Assembly (NCBI GenBank): GCA_051941275.1
Contig: JAVEBF010000060.1
Coordinates: 1-36,821, forward strand
Length of the DNA stretch: 36,821 nt
Source of the DNA: Dirinaria sp. TL-2023a
Taxonomy: Eukaryota
Direction of reading: 5' to 3'
The notes below the pieces were generated by a model, which made no database searches, had not been told where the DNA came from, and was given only the letters and a program-made list of their open reading frames with translations. This document shows, piece by piece, positions 1-12,144 of the stretch. The position numbers were made by a program, and so were the translations under genes. Every line of letters starts with the position of its first letter. Position 1 is the stretch's first letter.

Positions 1-142
1 CCCCTAAACTTCGAAATTGCATTTGGTCAATAAAACGCCATGATTGCGTCATCAACATAGTCCTTGCTAAGAGAAGATCACGCGTTGAGAGTGCTCCGCG
101 CCTTGCAATTCCCGGGGCCGTTTCGATGTCAGAGCCTTGACG

Positions 143-577
143 ATGAGCCCGTGGCTACGTATCTTTGAGGTCAGCGAGCCATGACAACAGCCATCGTTCT
201 CTCCTTCAGCCCAAATAGCGACAGATTTGATTTGCTGACAAATGGCAGGGATGGCTGATTGCGCGTGTGCGTCTGCGTCGTTTCGCTGCCGTTCCACACT
301 GCTTACACCTTGCTAAAGCTTCTGGCGAGCCCTACGTTCCACCGCACTGTTGAGAAGGTGCACAAGAGAGTGCGACAAATAAGGCGTGGCCCGGATCCAG
401 AGGATATGGGTGGCACCAACATTGATAGTCAGTGTGATATTCGCGTTGGCTGAACAGCTTTCTAACCTTGATGGACCATGTGCAGAACCAGCCGAGCAAG
501 GGAAGAAGTTCTTAGACCACTTCTTAGAAGAGCTTAAAGATCAGTTCCGCGGTGGGTCATCGGGCTCCAAGAAGTAG
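143..577 (+). CDS. MRX7: MRX7-like (MIOREX component 7 / DUF2697-type) small mitochondrial protein, 81 aa; exons 143-169, 249-266, 319-427, 486-577
   Basis: Spliced product MSPWLRIFE|GWLIAR|LLASPTFHRTVEKVHKRVRQIRRGPDPEDMGGTNID|KPAEQGKKFLDHFLEELKDQFRGGSSGSKK*. The LLASPTFHR, GGTNID and FLDHFLEELKDQ motifs match my recollection of the fungal Mrx7 family. Three GT..AG introns with GCTGAC/CTTAC/CTAAC branch-like sites; 246 nt total, in frame. Confidence 0.75.
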
Positions 578-1092
578 TTGCGTCATCCATGTATACATAA
601 CATGAGCGAGCATCAAGGGGTGTTGGTCTCGCAAGAGCCATTGGGGCCACAGCTGTACACTATTGTGTGAGGCTGGTGTACATAGCATACATCGAAGCTC
701 ATTAACAGGAGCGATTTATCACTCACAATAAAGCACACGCTCACCCACGGATGAGAAATTGGGCTTCTTGGACATTATCCATGTCACTTGGCTCTCATTC
801 CATCCGGAGATTCAAAGCACACGGAACCCACGGAATGATCATTGCACTACCATGTCAACCTCCGTATTCAATCTTGATGTGGATATACCCTCTGAACTAT
901 CTGCACTAGTGGCCTGCCTGTTGAGCAAAGCCAAAAAGAAGTTTAATTGAATACGACAACAACCAAGTCCCTTTTACTTATTGCGTATTGCTGGGTTTGA
1001 GTCGTAATCTCCGGGCACAGTACACACTTAGAGTTGACAGAGATACCTTCTCTGCTCAAGCACAATTGAGGGTTTCATGATTCCACTGCAAT

Positions 1093-1530
1093 CTACCTCC
1101 CTAAAGTTTCATCAAATGGAATTCCATCCCGACTTCTATCTCTTGGGCGGCAATCGAGCTCAAGGCCGATCCCCAGGCTTTTAATGTCGTCAATGGTTAT
1201 GCTAAGTCCTAGTAGATTCTCTAGCCGATCGTAGCAAAGAGATACGGATACACGATCCTTGATGACTATTTCGCCGTTGAAGTGGGCGGGGTTATTGGGC
1301 GAGAAATGCCATTCTCGGAGAACCTCCCCCCCACCCCCGTGGTGGGAATGGCAGTAGAGAGGGAATTGAAGGGTCGATTCGAGCAAAGTACATGTAAGGT
1401 GATGCAAAGGATCGATGTGATTCGGTGGAGCCAGAGGGAGGACGTCCGGCAGTCCTGAAACAAGCTCGCGCCGAGAGAGTGATTGGAAAATTGGACTAGA
1501 AAATGCCATTTGGGGTTTCCTTGCGTTCAT
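1093..1530 (-). CDS. Hypothetical 145-aa ORF of unknown function (possibly spliced further, or spurious)
   Basis: ATG-initiated open frame in the gap between MRX7 and the POL2 3' end; no recognisable motif. Confidence 0.25.
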   Translation of the reverse strand: MNARKPQMAFSSPIFQSLSRRELVSGLPDVLPLAPPNHIDPLHHLTCTLLESTLQFPLYCHSHHGGGGEVLREWHFSPNNPAHFNGEIVIKDRVSVSLCYDRLENLLGLSITIDDIKSLGIGLELDCRPRDRSRDGIPFDETLGR

Positions 1531-1946
1531 CTCGTCGTTAGTATGAGTAAAGCAAGAAGGCTGGATCGGACTGGGTCATGTCTTCACTGTTGTCTGAGAG
1601 CCGGTAGAAGAGCTAACGCACAACAAATGTATAAATAAGTATGTGCGTAAGGCTTGCTGAATGCTCCAATGAGTTGAGCGGTGAAGAAACCATTCCAAAG
1701 ATAAAGGCTTAGACTTACTGCGCAGTACGAGGAGACGCCGAAATCTACGGGTCTCAAGTAAGTGGAAAACTCATGTGAACGACAACTGCGAAGCATGCTG
1801 AGCGAAGGATTTTGAGGACGTGAATGTTAGGCCATGCCATCAGCCAAATTGAATTCCTCTATCCACGAATCGCGCGCCCACAGAATCATACTCCGCCGAT
1901 CGCCGTCGCTCAATGCACGCTACCACGCAATCATCCATGACCGACT

Positions 1947-4900
1947 CTATATACAAGCCAAAACATCGCTCACAACGCCCTGAAGCATCCGCAGCCCATA
2001 CCCACCAGCAACCCTGTCCAATATAAGGAGATCCTTCAAAACCGCATGCCTTTCCACAGTCCCCGTCCAATCCCCACCGCACGCGCAGTGGTCCATGAAG
2101 TCATTCACTCTTAGTCTTCCACACTTGGCGCACTTCAGATCTTGCATCTGCCATTTGGCCAACATTTTCTGCACCCGTGCTATCAACATCTCCTCGATCG
2201 CCAATCGATTGTATTCACGGCTACACGTGAGACACGCCCAAGCACGTTGCGTTGACTCCGGAGGGGCGGGAGCATGGTTGAGGAACTGCGGCGGTGGGAG
2301 GACGTCCTCATCGCGGCAAAGGTCCAAATCTCGGGCCATGGCGCAATTCTCACAAAGCAGCTGTTCGAGCTTCAGGCTGGAGCTCGGGTTCTCAAAACGT
2401 GCCTGAGCGCTGAATTCCTTAATTTCAAAAAAAGCCAGGAGTTCCTTGCGCAGCAAGCGGGCTTCCATCTGAATTGTTCGGTCCAGCAGGAGAACATGCA
2501 TGATTGATTTCACGAGCTGCAAAACTGGATGTGCATGGGTAAGTTTAAGGTGAGATCCAGGAAGCAGAGGGAAGTCGTGGTCGGCTGCAAGGGTGGGATG
2601 TGCAAGTTCGGAGCGGTACCGAGATATGAGAGAGAGAGTCTGCCGTTTGAAAGGCTTAGCAATTGACTTCGTAAACAAATTGTTGTTGTGCAGATCGTCA
2701 CTATCGTGATCTTGAGAGGATAGCGCTCGAACTGGTAATTGCGTCGGTCGAACGGTAGGATCTAGGATCTGGACATCCTTATTGTTTGATAACTCACGAG
2801 GCCGCTTCAACTGATGCATGAGCTCAATAAAGGCAATGATCCAGGCATGAAAAACGGATTGGTACTGTGTTGGAAGAAAAGTATTGAGCTGCCAATGCAT
2901 AATCGTTTCAATGGTTTGCGACGATGCATCGACAATTTCTTTGCAGGCTTTGCCACCGTAGTTGTATTCATCATACCAGACAAGATAGTCCCAGTACTCT
3001 TTGATCTCAAGGTCTAAGAAGTGGAACAATGGCTTTGCTTTGATAGACTTTAGAATGTATTGGCTGTAGGCATATGCATTACCGACTTCCGCTTTAGTTG
3101 TCTGTAGGAGCAAGCGGTTGGCGTTGGCAAACACGACATGCGAACCTACCCGCTTGAAGTCGGTCATGAGTTGCTGGAACGCTTTTCGAGACATCATTTG
3201 CACGTAATAGTGCAACGACTGGTCGTAAAGGAAAGAGTCCGCATTTCCGACCCAGCGAATAAGGTGCTGAACCATAACATCAGCCATATGACTCCCCTTG
3301 CAGGCTTCAGTCCACCAGGCCTTGACCATCTCTCGTAGGACTGTGATCCCCGCCGATGCGAATGCATTTTCCGAGTAGAGCACGCCCGCTGCATTCCCCG
3401 GATCATCTTCCGAGGGCGCCGCAGGGTTGAAAGCAACTGAATCGCTACCCTCGAGCTCATTGATTAGGGACGACGTCAGAATCGTGTTGATAGCTAGATT
3501 ACGGACATCAAGCTGGATGCATACGGACGAGTACGTCCCAGGGTGATTGATTGAAGGCATATCAACGTTCTCTATGGGACCGACAATGTTGTCTTTCTGA
3601 TAGTCTGCATGGTCTGGCAACGGGCCGCCAGACCACCATAGCACAACATTACTCCTCTGCAACCGGCGAGCGTATGCAATGTCGATGAGATAACGGGTAT
3701 CGTCTCTCTCAAGATTGCAGAGCGGGATGTCACCATAACGTGCAAGCTCAAGGAGATGGCTCACCCAAGGTCCCAGTGCAAGGTAGTGGGTTATCAAGCG
3801 CTTGATTACGAAGCTTTGCCAGCCTAGTGGAGGCAGATTGCTGTCTGAGCTTTCGGCCTTGAGCTGAAGCACAGGCAATTCCTTCGCCGCCGGAAGGTCG
3901 TGCAGGAGAAGACGTTGCTGAGGTGACTGCATGACCAGCATTAGGGGTCTGCTCTCGTTGCTGCGCAATTTCTTGATACAGTCGCTTAGCTGAAGGTAGG
4001 CTTTTCTCTTCGTAGTGACTTGACTAATGTTGAAGCGAATTCTTTCCTGATACGCGAATGAGTCATGTAGTGGCTCGCCACTTTTTTCCTGCGTTCGCCT
4101 TTCCTTAAGTTCCTTATAGAGCTTCTCTGCATTGGGAAAACTCTGCGGGTCTTTCGATCGGTTAAGGATTACAATACTAGCTTCATCTTTGTTTGTGGAG
4201 AATAACGCAAATACTTGTCGATCGCCAGCAACTAGGTGATAGAGGTAAATGTATATCATCCCAGACTGGGAAAGATACGGCATTGACGCTGTAGTACGGT
4301 GCAATGTTGAGAGGTCGAAGCCATTTTCAAGGCCAGTGCCTAAAACACCTTTCTGACTCTCATCAATCGCGCAAAGACTGCCCAATTGTAGCACAGCCCG
4401 CACTGTTAACGGCACCTGCTTCTCGTAAACGCCCTCGACGCTAGGATGATTGAATAGAATAGCCAGCTTATTAGCTTCTCGTACGTAGATGTCTTCCGAC
4501 ATTACGAGCTTGAAAAGGTGGACCGATGCATGGCCGTTTGGTAACGTATGTGTAACTTTCTCGACCGCGCAACCTTCGATATCGACATCTGGTAGCTCTT
4601 GGCCCTTAAGATTTAAGTACAGTAGCCGGGGCACTTTGATGGTCATAGGATGAACTTTTTGGTCGATCAAAATAAAAGCTCGAAGCTCGCCGGGTGATTC
4701 GGTCTCTCGTAGTTGTATTATTTGCCATGATTTTACGAACAACGTTTCCGCTTGTGATCGAAAGAAACCACCAACGCTATCGGAAGCAATATTGCTCCGT
4801 TCTCCAAACAGTTGTCGCCGGCGTATACGTGCCTGTTTTTGAATTCTCCATTTTTTCTTCTGGTAGCGAAGAAAGCCTTCATAATCTTCAGTCAAAGACG

Positions 4901-7900
4901 GCATTTTAGGAGGTAAGCTGGCGAAAGGGTCCGCAATCGCTGTATCTGGAGCTTCTGGCGCTTTTCGTTTTGGCAAAGCGTTCAATTGGCTCGATTGTGC
5001 TTTAGCAGCTAAGTGCGAGGCTCCAAAATCCTCTACATCTACGGGAAGCCGGCGTTCTAAAATGTTAGTAGACAACTCTATCAAAGGCGTCTTGTTGAAG
5101 AGGTCGGTCATCTTCTTCTGCTTGAATTTGTCATCCTTGACGTTGATCCTCCGTTGAAGCCAGTCAGGATGGCCCACCCTTGGAACAGGATTTCTGATCT
5201 TCTGCAGCGCCGCAGGTATAGTGATAAGCTTCTGGACTACCGAGCTCAGCCTTTCCAAGTAATAATCCCAATCGATTAGACTCCGGGGATTCATGTCACT
5301 CGGCTCTTCCCGCATCCACTTCCTGAGGAAATAGCATTTCACCTGGTCATCGGCCGAAAATATAGCAACAGGTATCGCTCTCTCGGTCACAGGTGCATTC
5401 TTGGGTCTTGAGGCAATAACGTATTTGCAGTTTAGACCCTTGTCCTTGACCATTTGCGCACCTAAGAAATCAGCTAGCCGTTTCGCTGTGGTGATAGAGG
5501 TCGACTTTTGGGCTCCATACTCCTCGAGCGCTTTCGACATACTTCTGTTTTCACAAATCAATTCAATCAATTCTTCGTCAGCCAGTGTCGAGCCCCGTTG
5601 ATATAGGACGTCAAGCCAGCGATCTGCGACCTTTGCGACAGCGGCGTAGGTTTCTGCGAGGCTGCTACCTTCAAGGAAAAACTTGAAGATCTGCGTCTGG
5701 AAGATCTTGATGAGTTTGAGTTCTCCTCGACGTTTCACTTCAAAGCCTTTGAGTTCTGCTAGGGTCCCGTCATGATTGAACACTGCGTAGCGTTTCTTGA
5801 GATTTTTGTCCTCTTCCTTCGATGTTGGGAGTATCATAGCTTTATAGGGCCCATCGACTTCGAAGAAGATTGAATTGTCTTTATGCGTTTCGTACCGAAA
5901 CGTTTTTGGATCGACCAAATCTTGATACTGATGGTTCGTAAACCTGCCATGCACAAGATAATTGAGCATGACACAAGGATAGGATATTGGCAACCTTTTT
6001 CCGTTACGCAAAGTGAAGGCGGCGTTATCGGGGAAGGTGGCGGGAAGCATACACCAAATACCATCTGTGTCGAGTTCTAAAGGCCTCCCTATGCGTTCGA
6101 CAAGTTCCCTAGCCATTTGGATAATGCGAGCTCCCGTCAAACACGTCACGCCCGCCATTTCCATAGAATACCATCGAGAGCCTTTGCGCATGACATACCC
6201 ATAGAAACTGTTCAAGATGACTTTGTGAGCAAGTTGCAGTGAGTCGAACAGTATGACCATCTTCTTAGCTTCCTCGATCTCCGTAGCCGCTGCACCGGAG
6301 CCTTTCAAGGCCTCAGTCTTGATTTTCCACGTTTTCTGCTTGCCCTTGAAGTCGTAACGCCGATCACGAAAATTTTTTACAGTATCGACATAGAAGGGAT
6401 TCTCGCGCTGACAAATGATAGCCTCCCTTTCAACAGTTTTCGTATCGTGGATTTTGTGATAGATCTTTTTGCTGTAATCTTGAAGCCGTTTCTTCACAAT
6501 CGCAGCTTGTTCATCGGCACTCAGCTCTTGAAACGTGCGAAGGGGACTTTTAGGGGATCGGCCCGGAAAGCGCTCATTTTCGAGAGCATGTCTGACCATG
6601 TTATACTCATTTTTTTTCGCAGGTAAGAATTCTCCGCGCCATGACCAAGGAAGTCGGCGGTCGCAAGTCTTGCCTGGCCGGTTGAAATCGCAGGCCGCAC
6701 AATCAGATTCTTGTATCATCGAATCGGGCTGTAGTCTATTAGTTGTCATGATGTTGGGGTACATTGACGCAACGTCCAAGTGATAGATTGAAGGCTTTTC
6801 GTTCCTATTAGGTTGCGCCTTCAAGCGCTCGAGTTTGGCGACAATTTCGGCCTTGACTTCGTTGTAGTTGGTAACATCGTCCAAGCTCTTCTTTTCTTCG
6901 ACCTCGACACTGAAGCGTAAGGCTGCATCCAAATCTTGGATAAGCTCGTCGAACGCAGTAACATCCAACGCAAAGTTAACGGGTATGTCGCTTCGGAAAA
7001 CACCGGCTTCGATGCTCTCAACATGGCCTCCGACATAGGTTTCAGACTCTAAAAGATGGCCCTCCCAAAATGTTTCTTTCGGTTCCTTGTGCTTGTTTGG
7101 TAGAACGATGCCTTTTTGATATGCTTGAACCATTAACAACATCTCGCAAAGCGTTCCTGTTCCCTTCCGAAGAACGTCATCTGGGTTCAATGGGATGATG
7201 TTGCACAAGGAGAATATGAATGGATGTACATATTTCATGTATAGATAGTACGTTGCGACTGCATCGGAGACAGAGTACTCCGCCAGCGTCTGTGGTCGCT
7301 CGCTAGCATACCGCGTCATGAGCTCGGGATCGAGTTCATCAGGATCATAGCCGAGTTTGGCAACTGTTACGGCTTTGAGACCTCTGCTGCCCTGAGGGAG
7401 GTAGCTGTCCCTGTTCACCCAGCAGAAGCAGTCCATGTGAACGCCATAATCGCTCTGATAGATGTCCTCGCTGTTCTTGCGAAAGCCTATTTCATGGTAC
7501 ATATCCATTCCAAGGACGCTAGCCCTTGCCTCGACAAAAGGCCAGTCGAAGAAGTCTCCGTTATACGTCACAATAACGGTTGGTTTGGCCTCCTTAATGT
7601 GTAAAAAAAACCTTTCAACAACCGCCTTCTCATCTGGTTCATTGAAGACGAGAAATGGCCCATCGTACTCAGGCTTCGGAGTATAATCGAAGTCGGCGAT
7701 GTCTTCTGAGACAATCTCCCTGTTCGTAATTAAGAATCCTTGGCCGTCGATCATATAAGAAATCATCATGATTTGGTCAATAACAGCGTCCGGAAACTTC
7801 AATGGAAGCTTGGTCGTTTCAATGTCGTATGCCAGAACCACAGGATCGGCTCTCTGTATGCGTTCTTCAATGCAGCTAAGGCTGATAACGCCTTGTCTGG

Positions 7901-8775
7901 CCTCGACATCATACCATTTTCCGATTCTTATATCTGTCGCAGTCAGTAATGTCGCTTTCTCAGCTTCCGAACTTGCCCAAACCTTTATCAATGGCAACTC
8001 GTACATGGTACGGTACGTCGTATTCGCGAATATCAACAATGAAATTGCTTGCATCTGCTATTTTAAAGTGCCTGAGGTCCTCTTGGTTATCATCATAGAT
8101 ATCGATGCCACTGTTTGCACTTGTCTATCAGCGAATGCTAAAATGAAAACATGCCGATGCTCACCTAGCAACTTCTGCATAAGTATCCATAGCGTTGACG
8201 GATTTCTTGTTCTCCTCCGCCAGCGGCATGATGAATTTTCTTACGGCCAGGAGATTGTTGACGTTCGCGAATAACAATTGCAGAAAAATTCTCCGATAGC
8301 CTAGGAGATGGTTCGGCATTTGTAGATCCTCCTTTTCGATACGCTTCACCCCTTTCACTAGACCCTCGAACTTCTTACGACACCATTCTTCGACCTCGGC
8401 CTCCTTTCCTTTGCGAACGGCAATCAGGAAGTAGGGATCGTATTCAACCGTCGCCTTGAAAGTGCCACCATCTTCCTGGATAAAGTAATAGTCGACGCCC
8501 GCACGGCCTCCAGGGATCATGTCATCCTCAATACTTGTACTATGCATATTGCACAGCCACCCGGTCTTGCGTTTGCCAGATTCGTACCTGGCAAAGCCCA
8601 TCGACTCATCAATGTTATGCGCAAGCCGTGTTGCTTGGATCTTTTCATCTTGTGACGTACCCTCCCCAGGTCGTAGTGTCGAAGCATCAATTGTTCTGGC
8701 GCGACGTGGGTTGAAGGACGACTTGGCCGATCGAAAGGTGCGTCCATAGCTCCGAGCTGGTTTCCGTGAGGGCAT
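1947..8775 (-). CDS. POL2: DNA polymerase epsilon catalytic subunit A, ~2244 aa; exons 8775-8165, 8119-7983, 7933-1947
   Basis: Exonuclease motifs YDIETTK and YNGDFFDWPF; PolB motifs LDVASMYPNIM, KVILNSFYGY and LELDTDG; Fe-S CysX CAACDF..KTC..ICQRE; C-terminal CysA (CENC..CLTC) and CysB (CAKC..CACG). The middle exon, absent from the ORF track, restores the conserved [25 protein letters not shown]. Confidence 0.98.
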
Positions 8776-8990
8776 GGTACGAGGGTGCCGAGAGGCTCAC
8801 TGGAGGGTCGAAAACTTGCTCAAGAGATGGCCATCATTTTTGTTGGAGTCGGGACGCACTGCACCGCGAGAAAAAACAAAGATCTTCAAACAGACAGTAT
8901 CGCCCAGCTCACTCAACGTCCGATAGAAGAGCAGCTCGTAGCGAATGTCAGCTGTGATAAATGCTGTACAGCCGAATAGCTTGGAAAGCA

Positions 8991-9087
8991 TCGCGTTCAA
9001 TCACTTGTAGTTCGCGTCGCGTAAAGTGATTGACCAGGGTACGAGCACTTACGGATGCGACAAGGTACGCGTACGAGTTTACGCGCC
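8991..9087. promoter_or_regulatory. Cluster of MCB-like (ACGCGT / CGCG) G1-S elements upstream of POL2
   Basis: TCGCGT at 8991, CGCGTCGCGTA at 9013-9023, ACGCGT at 9067-9072 and TTTACGCGCC at 9078-9087, all 215-310 bp upstream of the POL2 ATG. MBF/MCB control of replication genes is established in ascomycetes. Confidence 0.65.
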
Positions 9088-9358
9088 GACTGGGACTGCC
9101 AAGGTTTTTAGTTCGTGTTCACCCACCAAACCGCAAGAAGGCTCCCTCGGCTGTAAAGTAAGGTACTACTGTACTGGGCTCGCTCGGCTCGGCTATCCTT
9201 CCTATCACGTTGTCAACCTCATTTCTCGATTTCTCGTCACCAATCAACATTATCAAATTGTACTTGCCGCGGAGCGATTCAGGAACTCCTGATCACGCGA
9301 GGGCGTCCAGCTGGATATAGCGACCTGCTTCGGGACTCCGCAACTTGGATCCTTTGCG

Positions 9359-9857
9359 ATGGGCGAAGACCAAAGAATTACGGATTCAAGTGGACCAGTA
9401 CGGCCAGAAAATGCCAACGAGCTTCCAGGAGGTAGCGTCAACACTGCTGGCGGGCAAGCGAAGAATGCGAATGTCTTGGATGCTCTAAGGTCAGTTCGGT
9501 TGAGGGACTTCAAAGAGGTGCACAGGAAGCCTTGTGTAAGAGACGCTCTCTTGCCAGGCATCGGGGCCGGTTTTGCCCTGGGTGGTATACGCGCCATCAT
9601 GGGCGGTATGTCGGACATGGTCGCGTTGCCGATGAAGTCTGACGGGGATAGGTCCAATCTTCACCGCATGTACTTGGGCAGTCGGTAGCTTCTGTGCCGG
9701 TTCGGCTGCAATGTACGAATTCTGCCAACGAAAAAGGAAACTGGAACGGGAAGGTATGCAAAGGGTCGTTGAAGTCGTTGACCGGAAAAAATCGGAGAGG
9801 TTAAAGCAGGCAAAATCGCTGAATGCGGCACGCGACACAGAGAAAGAAAGCAGATAG
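9359..9857 (+). CDS. COX20: Cytochrome c oxidase assembly protein Cox20, 150 aa; exons 9359-9605, 9652-9857
   Basis: DFKEVHRKPCVRDALLPGIGAGFALGGIRAIMG|GPIFTACTWAVGSFCAGSAAMYEFCQRKRKLEREGM gives the PCxR motif, two TM segments and the YEFCQ motif typical of Cox20. Intron GTATGT..CTGAC..TAG. Confidence 0.9.
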
Positions 9858-10040
9858 CATGCACGGAAAAGTAACCCTGCAAACACCCAGAAGTGCAGCT
9901 TTGACCCATGCCCTCACACGTATAGTCTTGCCGTCTGCTATCATATCGAAGTGCACACGGGAGAGCAAAGTATCCCGGCCGCCCGGACTGCAGCCTCCAG
10001 GTCCAAAAAAGATAAGTGCGGTCACGACTGGCCCAAGTAA

Positions 10041-11762
10041 CTACCGAGTCGGTCGCAGATCGACGACTTCAAACTCCAACCCCTTGGCTTCGTAAACATG
10101 ACCCGGTCGCAATGCATCGGTATAGATGTGCTCCTCAGCATGTGGGTGGAAGAGCCCTGTTTGAGTGCAGTTGATCACTGACTTCATTCCCGGAGGATCC
10201 GTCAGTCGGAATACACCCCAGCTATAGCATATTCAGCTTCCAAAGGTCAACCTACAAAAGGTCAAGGCTGCAACTCACTCCCCTTTGCTTGGCGCACAAA
10301 CAATGGCAATGCTCTCCGGCATCATCATTTGGTAGCCTGCGTGCGTATGTAAATCTCTGGAACTCATGAAACACGTCTGAGTGGGATGTGTATGTATCCA
10401 GCCGAGGACCATCAAATCTTCCCCATCGACGAAGTCAAATAATTCGCTTTCGTTAACCGTCTCGCAAGTATCAGAGGTACTTTCTTGATCAGGAATGACA
10501 AGTTTCGAGATAAAGAGAGCGTTCGATATAAGGGTCCCGCATAGGATGCCACAAGTCTCAAGGTTAGCATGTGTGTTTGGAAGTGCGAGGGATAGGAAGC
10601 GGTGGCGAAGGTCTGGCGGCAAGAAAACAGTCCTTAAAGGCGTTCCATTTTCAAGATAAGCTGATGGCTTAAAGGTAAAAGTGGAGGGTTGTATGTTGTC
10701 AGTTGAACTTGGTATTGCGGCCGGAGATATATGTCTCTCCGCCGGCAATTCCTCTTTGGCTGGCCTAGGCGGTACGGGCCCAGCACGCTGTGGAGGCTCG
10801 ACGTACTTGGGTGGCAGTCGTGGTGCATGATCATCGTTCTCAGAACTGAGCCACTCGCTTGATGCTGCTGGCGAAGGCTGGCGATCATGTAGGGATGGGA
10901 CTTCTGGGTAGTGGTATCCTGACCGAAGGTTTTCGAAAGAGGGGCGCCGAGAGCCTGGATTTCGACCGCTTACAGACCCATTCACTTGTAGACGAACTTT
11001 TTGCATCTGGCGACTCAGGGTATCTTGATCGATGGCGTGATCGTTCTTGGTGAAAGCCTCCTCCCAGTCGCCCCACAACCCTGCTGTTCGCCTTTCGTGT
11101 TCCTGCTCTTCTGATATCCCGGCTTTTCGTGTTGCTTTCCTCGCTGTAGCACGCCTTCTGATCTCGTGATGGGCTAGCTTGACTGCTAGGTCCTTGTTCT
11201 CATGTGCTGCAATTGCTTCGTTGCTCCCGGCCACAGCAGGGTCTGAAGGTAGTCGTCTGTGGCTGCCATCCTGCAACGGTATATTTTTGGTGGAGCCCGT
11301 ATCTTTTGCATCGCTCGAGGCCCTCCTTGTATCTCTATCATGTAAGAGCTGCTCATATCGTTCATAGCGTTTGTTAATTCGTGGTTTGAGGATCTCAAGT
11401 TTCTGAAGGCTGCTTTGAACTTCTCTGCTGGCTTGAGCCAGGTCAGTGCGATTTTTAGGTTGCCGGGCGTCTGGATGGCTCGACAATTTGTTGACTACCA
11501 GCTGCGCATGTCGGAACAGTAGCAGATAGGTTTGTTGGTCGTTACCCTCCTGTTCGTAAATGTCCGCCTGTATGACATGTGAGCCGTCACTCTTGTCATT
11601 TGGCGTATGAAATACCTCTTTGAGGAGGATTCCAGCTGTCCTCAGCCAATACTTCAGAGGAATGAACTCGTTGTACTCGTAGTTTTGGGCCTTGTGCACA
11701 ATCTGTCCGACATTCATCGGTCGGTATGGGTTGCCCTTGCTAGTGTTGACCTGCTCAGCCAT
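10041..11762 (-). CDS. AMSH/STAMBP-like endosomal JAMM deubiquitinase, 538 aa; exons 11762-11616, 11567-10279, 10221-10041
   Basis: N-terminal USP8-dimer/MIT-like region (PLKYWLRTA..EGNDQQTYLLLFRHAQLV); JAMM motif ETCGILCG..GWIHTHPTQTCFMSSRDLHTH. The last exon restores DWGVFRLTDPPG..TGLFHPH..FEVVDLR. Confidence 0.93.
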
Positions 11763-12144
11763 GGCTGCGAAATAAAATTTGCAGAGTCGAAGCTTCGTTC
11801 AAGAGAGCTATCATTGAGAGAGTATGAGGGACTTTATACGAGCTATGATTGACTCAAAGAATGTGACTGCTCCTGCGAATCCCACCAATATCGCTGCCAT
11901 AATGACTCGAATATCAAGTGAAGAGCCCTGGCTTATCGATAAGAAAATACTTAGTCAGTTCAGCCTTAAGTGAAGAAATATCGTGGCGTGCATGGCTCGC
12001 ATGAGTATCTCCCCTACTACCTTGGATATGAGGTGTACCTTACACAAGGACAATCATTGAATCATAAGTTTCACTGCCTATGATTTTGTATGGCAAAGTG
12101 GAACCTACGCTATTGGAATCCACATCCGGCATCGTTCGCTTCCT

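Noticed and set aside
1947..7933. Possible intein or insertion in POL2
   Set aside because: The length (~2244 aa) and motif spacing are normal; no intein splice motifs or LAGLIDADG blocks seen.
7934..8054. ORF-track N-terminus MQAISLLIFANTT.. of the 2035-aa POL2 ORF
   Set aside because: It is an off-frame reading of exon 2 plus intron 2; the true protein starts at 8775 and is spliced.
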